NCBI GenBank assembly: GCA_037447605.1
Contig: CM074819.1
Coordinates: forward strand, 310,001-374,000
From: Zygnema circumcarinatum SAG 698-1b
Taxonomy: Eukaryota > Plantae > Zygnematophyceae
Length of the DNA: 64,000 bases
Direction: 5' to 3'
The position numbers were made by a program, and so were the translations under genes. The notes under the pieces were generated by a model that was given only the letters and a program-made list of their open reading frames with translations, did not search any database and had not been told where the DNA came from. Below are positions 62,101 through 64,000 of this stretch, in pieces; the first letter of the stretch is position 1; the number at the start of each line of letters is the position of its first letter.

Positions 62101-64000
62101 CGATTTTTCAGACTCACTTCAAACCAATGTGTATGTTACAACCAGGCTTTGCACGCTTCCTTGACCCTCTTTTCTCTAATCCATCTGTGGCAAGCGATGA
62201 TTCACCTGTTACCTGAGTATATTGTTTGCTAGACATGGAAGAGAGTATGCTTGTTTTTTGTCGAAAGTTGTGCTAGGCTGCCATCTAGTATCCTAAATTC
62301 TCTAACAGCCTTCACAGCTGTGTGCATAGTCACATATGCAGTTTTCACTGGGGGAGTGTTTCCAAGGTGAATTACGTATATATGTTTCCACGGCATGAAA
62401 ACAAGGAACGTCATGGGCCAAATGGTTGATTTTTGGTTTTGTTATGATTGCAAGGAAATAAGCAACCTGTTTGTACACATTTGGAGAATATACCGAGAAG
62501 CAGTCTGATTGATATGCCTCCCTTTTGTTCTTCTCTATGCAGTTACATTCTTGGCGCTGTATTTCTGCAGCTGTGCCGAGTCCTCCGCTTGGAGCAGCAC
62601 TCCCTTCTCTCCTCGCCGGTCGACCCGTCTCTGTTCATCCACCGCTTCGCTGACCGTGAGTGCTCGCGAATGCACACCGCCACACTGTCAGCCTCTCGCT
62701 TTGCAGGAGAGTTTTTCCTCCAAGGAGAGACCGTGACCGTGACCGTGACCGTGACCGTGACCGTGGTGGTGAGGGCCTCCCGGGGCTCTCTCTGCTGCAG
62801 GGCTCAACTTCGGCCGCAAAATGCACACAGTCGCGAACACCGCGCTGCGATTGGTGGCGGCCATGAAACGCGACTGGCTGCAGGTGGGTGGGAGCCTGCA
62901 TAACTGCCACGTGGCGCTCTCACATGCCGGCATCCGGCCTGGCACACTTTCCTTTCCGTCTTTTCCCTCTAAGAGAGTTCTCACCTGGTTTCATACTCTG
63001 CTCTTCTTCTTTCTTTTTCTTGCGGGCAACTCATCGATTTGGTATTGTATGTCTTTGTGATTCCTGCATCAATTGGATATTTTGACAGGGAAGGCGATCG
63101 TGCGATTGAGATGGAGACCATAGTCATTGGTGCGAAGAGCCTTTGAACAGCTTGTTGCATGCTGCATTCTCCCTGTTGGCCCTTTTTGTGGTGTGATCCC
63201 ACCCCTAGTGAGCGGGGTCAGTGGTCGTCGCTGTGCGCAGACCGGGCGGCGGCCGAGCGGCATCTGCGGGGCGGCCATTTGGATAGCGTCGCACATCCAT
63301 GGCTTCGAGCGGTCCAAGCAGGAGGTGGTCAGTAGCCCCCTGCCTCCCGCCCTTCCTTCAAAACGTTCCGCCCGTCTGCCTCTTATTTCTATTTTAAAAC
63401 GAAGGAGAGGTGTACCAAAGCCATGTATCAATGATATGAATAAATCTGTAACACAACCTATCATGAATGCTACGATCCTGCTCATATTTGCAGCAGTAGG
63501 AAGGATATATATATCCGTGAGAAATGGCATGATGGCTGTGCTGGGCAGCAGGAATATGCAAAACACGTGGCTGCTTGTAAGCTGCTGACAATGGTGTTAA
63601 TATGGCTCTTTCCTCCTTGCAGGTGCGAGAAGTACACATTTGTGAAGCTACTCTGAAGAAGCGACTTGTGGAGTTCGAAAACACGGAGTCTGGTGGTCTC
63701 ACGGTAAGGCCGAGCACACTCACTCTTTCTCTCTCTGACACACACATTCACACAGACACGCGTTTTCAGCAGAGACTGGGTTGCAGGTTCAGGCATCTCG
63801 GGGGTATCTTGCATAGGCTGGGTTTAGGGCATGCACAACAGTGAACTTGGTGCTTGAACCAAGCAATTACTCTCGATGGCAAATCCTGAATGGAATGCCG
63901 AACCAAAACACGCACAGGTCCATTTTGTTTACGTGCTTAATCGATGCATTGAGATGTGTTTCGGCTTGATCTGAGTAGGATAGAGCACTGAATGACGGGT
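59133..64000 (+). CDS. BRF1: TFIIIB subunit BRF1 (TFIIB-related), 3'-incomplete, many short exons
   Basis: Zn ribbon MVWCSYCG...CCTGCGRVIDD; NFTRGRRTNQVGAACLYIVCR, KPYMLIDFSDSLQTNVY, VDPSLFIHRF, MKRDWLQTGRRPSGICGAA, HICEATLKKRLVEF. In-phase GT-AG introns. Confidence 0.95.

Overview
Eukaryotic, intron-rich nuclear DNA, most likely a streptophyte (charophyte-type) green alga. That assignment is inferred from RLCK-VII kinases, a plant-type DUF821/GT90, a plant-type GT23-like fucosyltransferase and a GT47 similar to At3g57630. The window is a scaffold with four 10-N gaps. Layout, left to right: the 3' part of an EXO70 gene; a run of seven adjacent genes (about 7.5-35.5 kb) that all appear to encode N-terminally anchored (type II) glycan-related proteins; two myristoylation-type RLCK-VII kinase genes separated by a rearranged LTR-retrotransposon complex; a decayed Ty3/gypsy pol with a TRIM-like LTR-PBS-PPT-LTR unit; a roughly 3 kb hairpin-rich satellite; an ACGTGGC array; and the 5' part of BRF1. 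The seven genes are GT2-A, a malectin + filamin-like + KDELC/POGLUT2-type GT90 fusion, a GT23-like gene, a plant-type GT90, a malectin-only protein, GT2-B and a truncated, frameshifted GT47. The best candidate for an undescribed system is this multi-family Golgi glycosyltransferase/malectin cluster. Exon models and family calls were made by eye from splice signals and recalled homologue sequences; no database searches were run. The repeat regions at 39.6-46.2 kb and 51-55 kb look like noisy consensus, so indels there may be errors.
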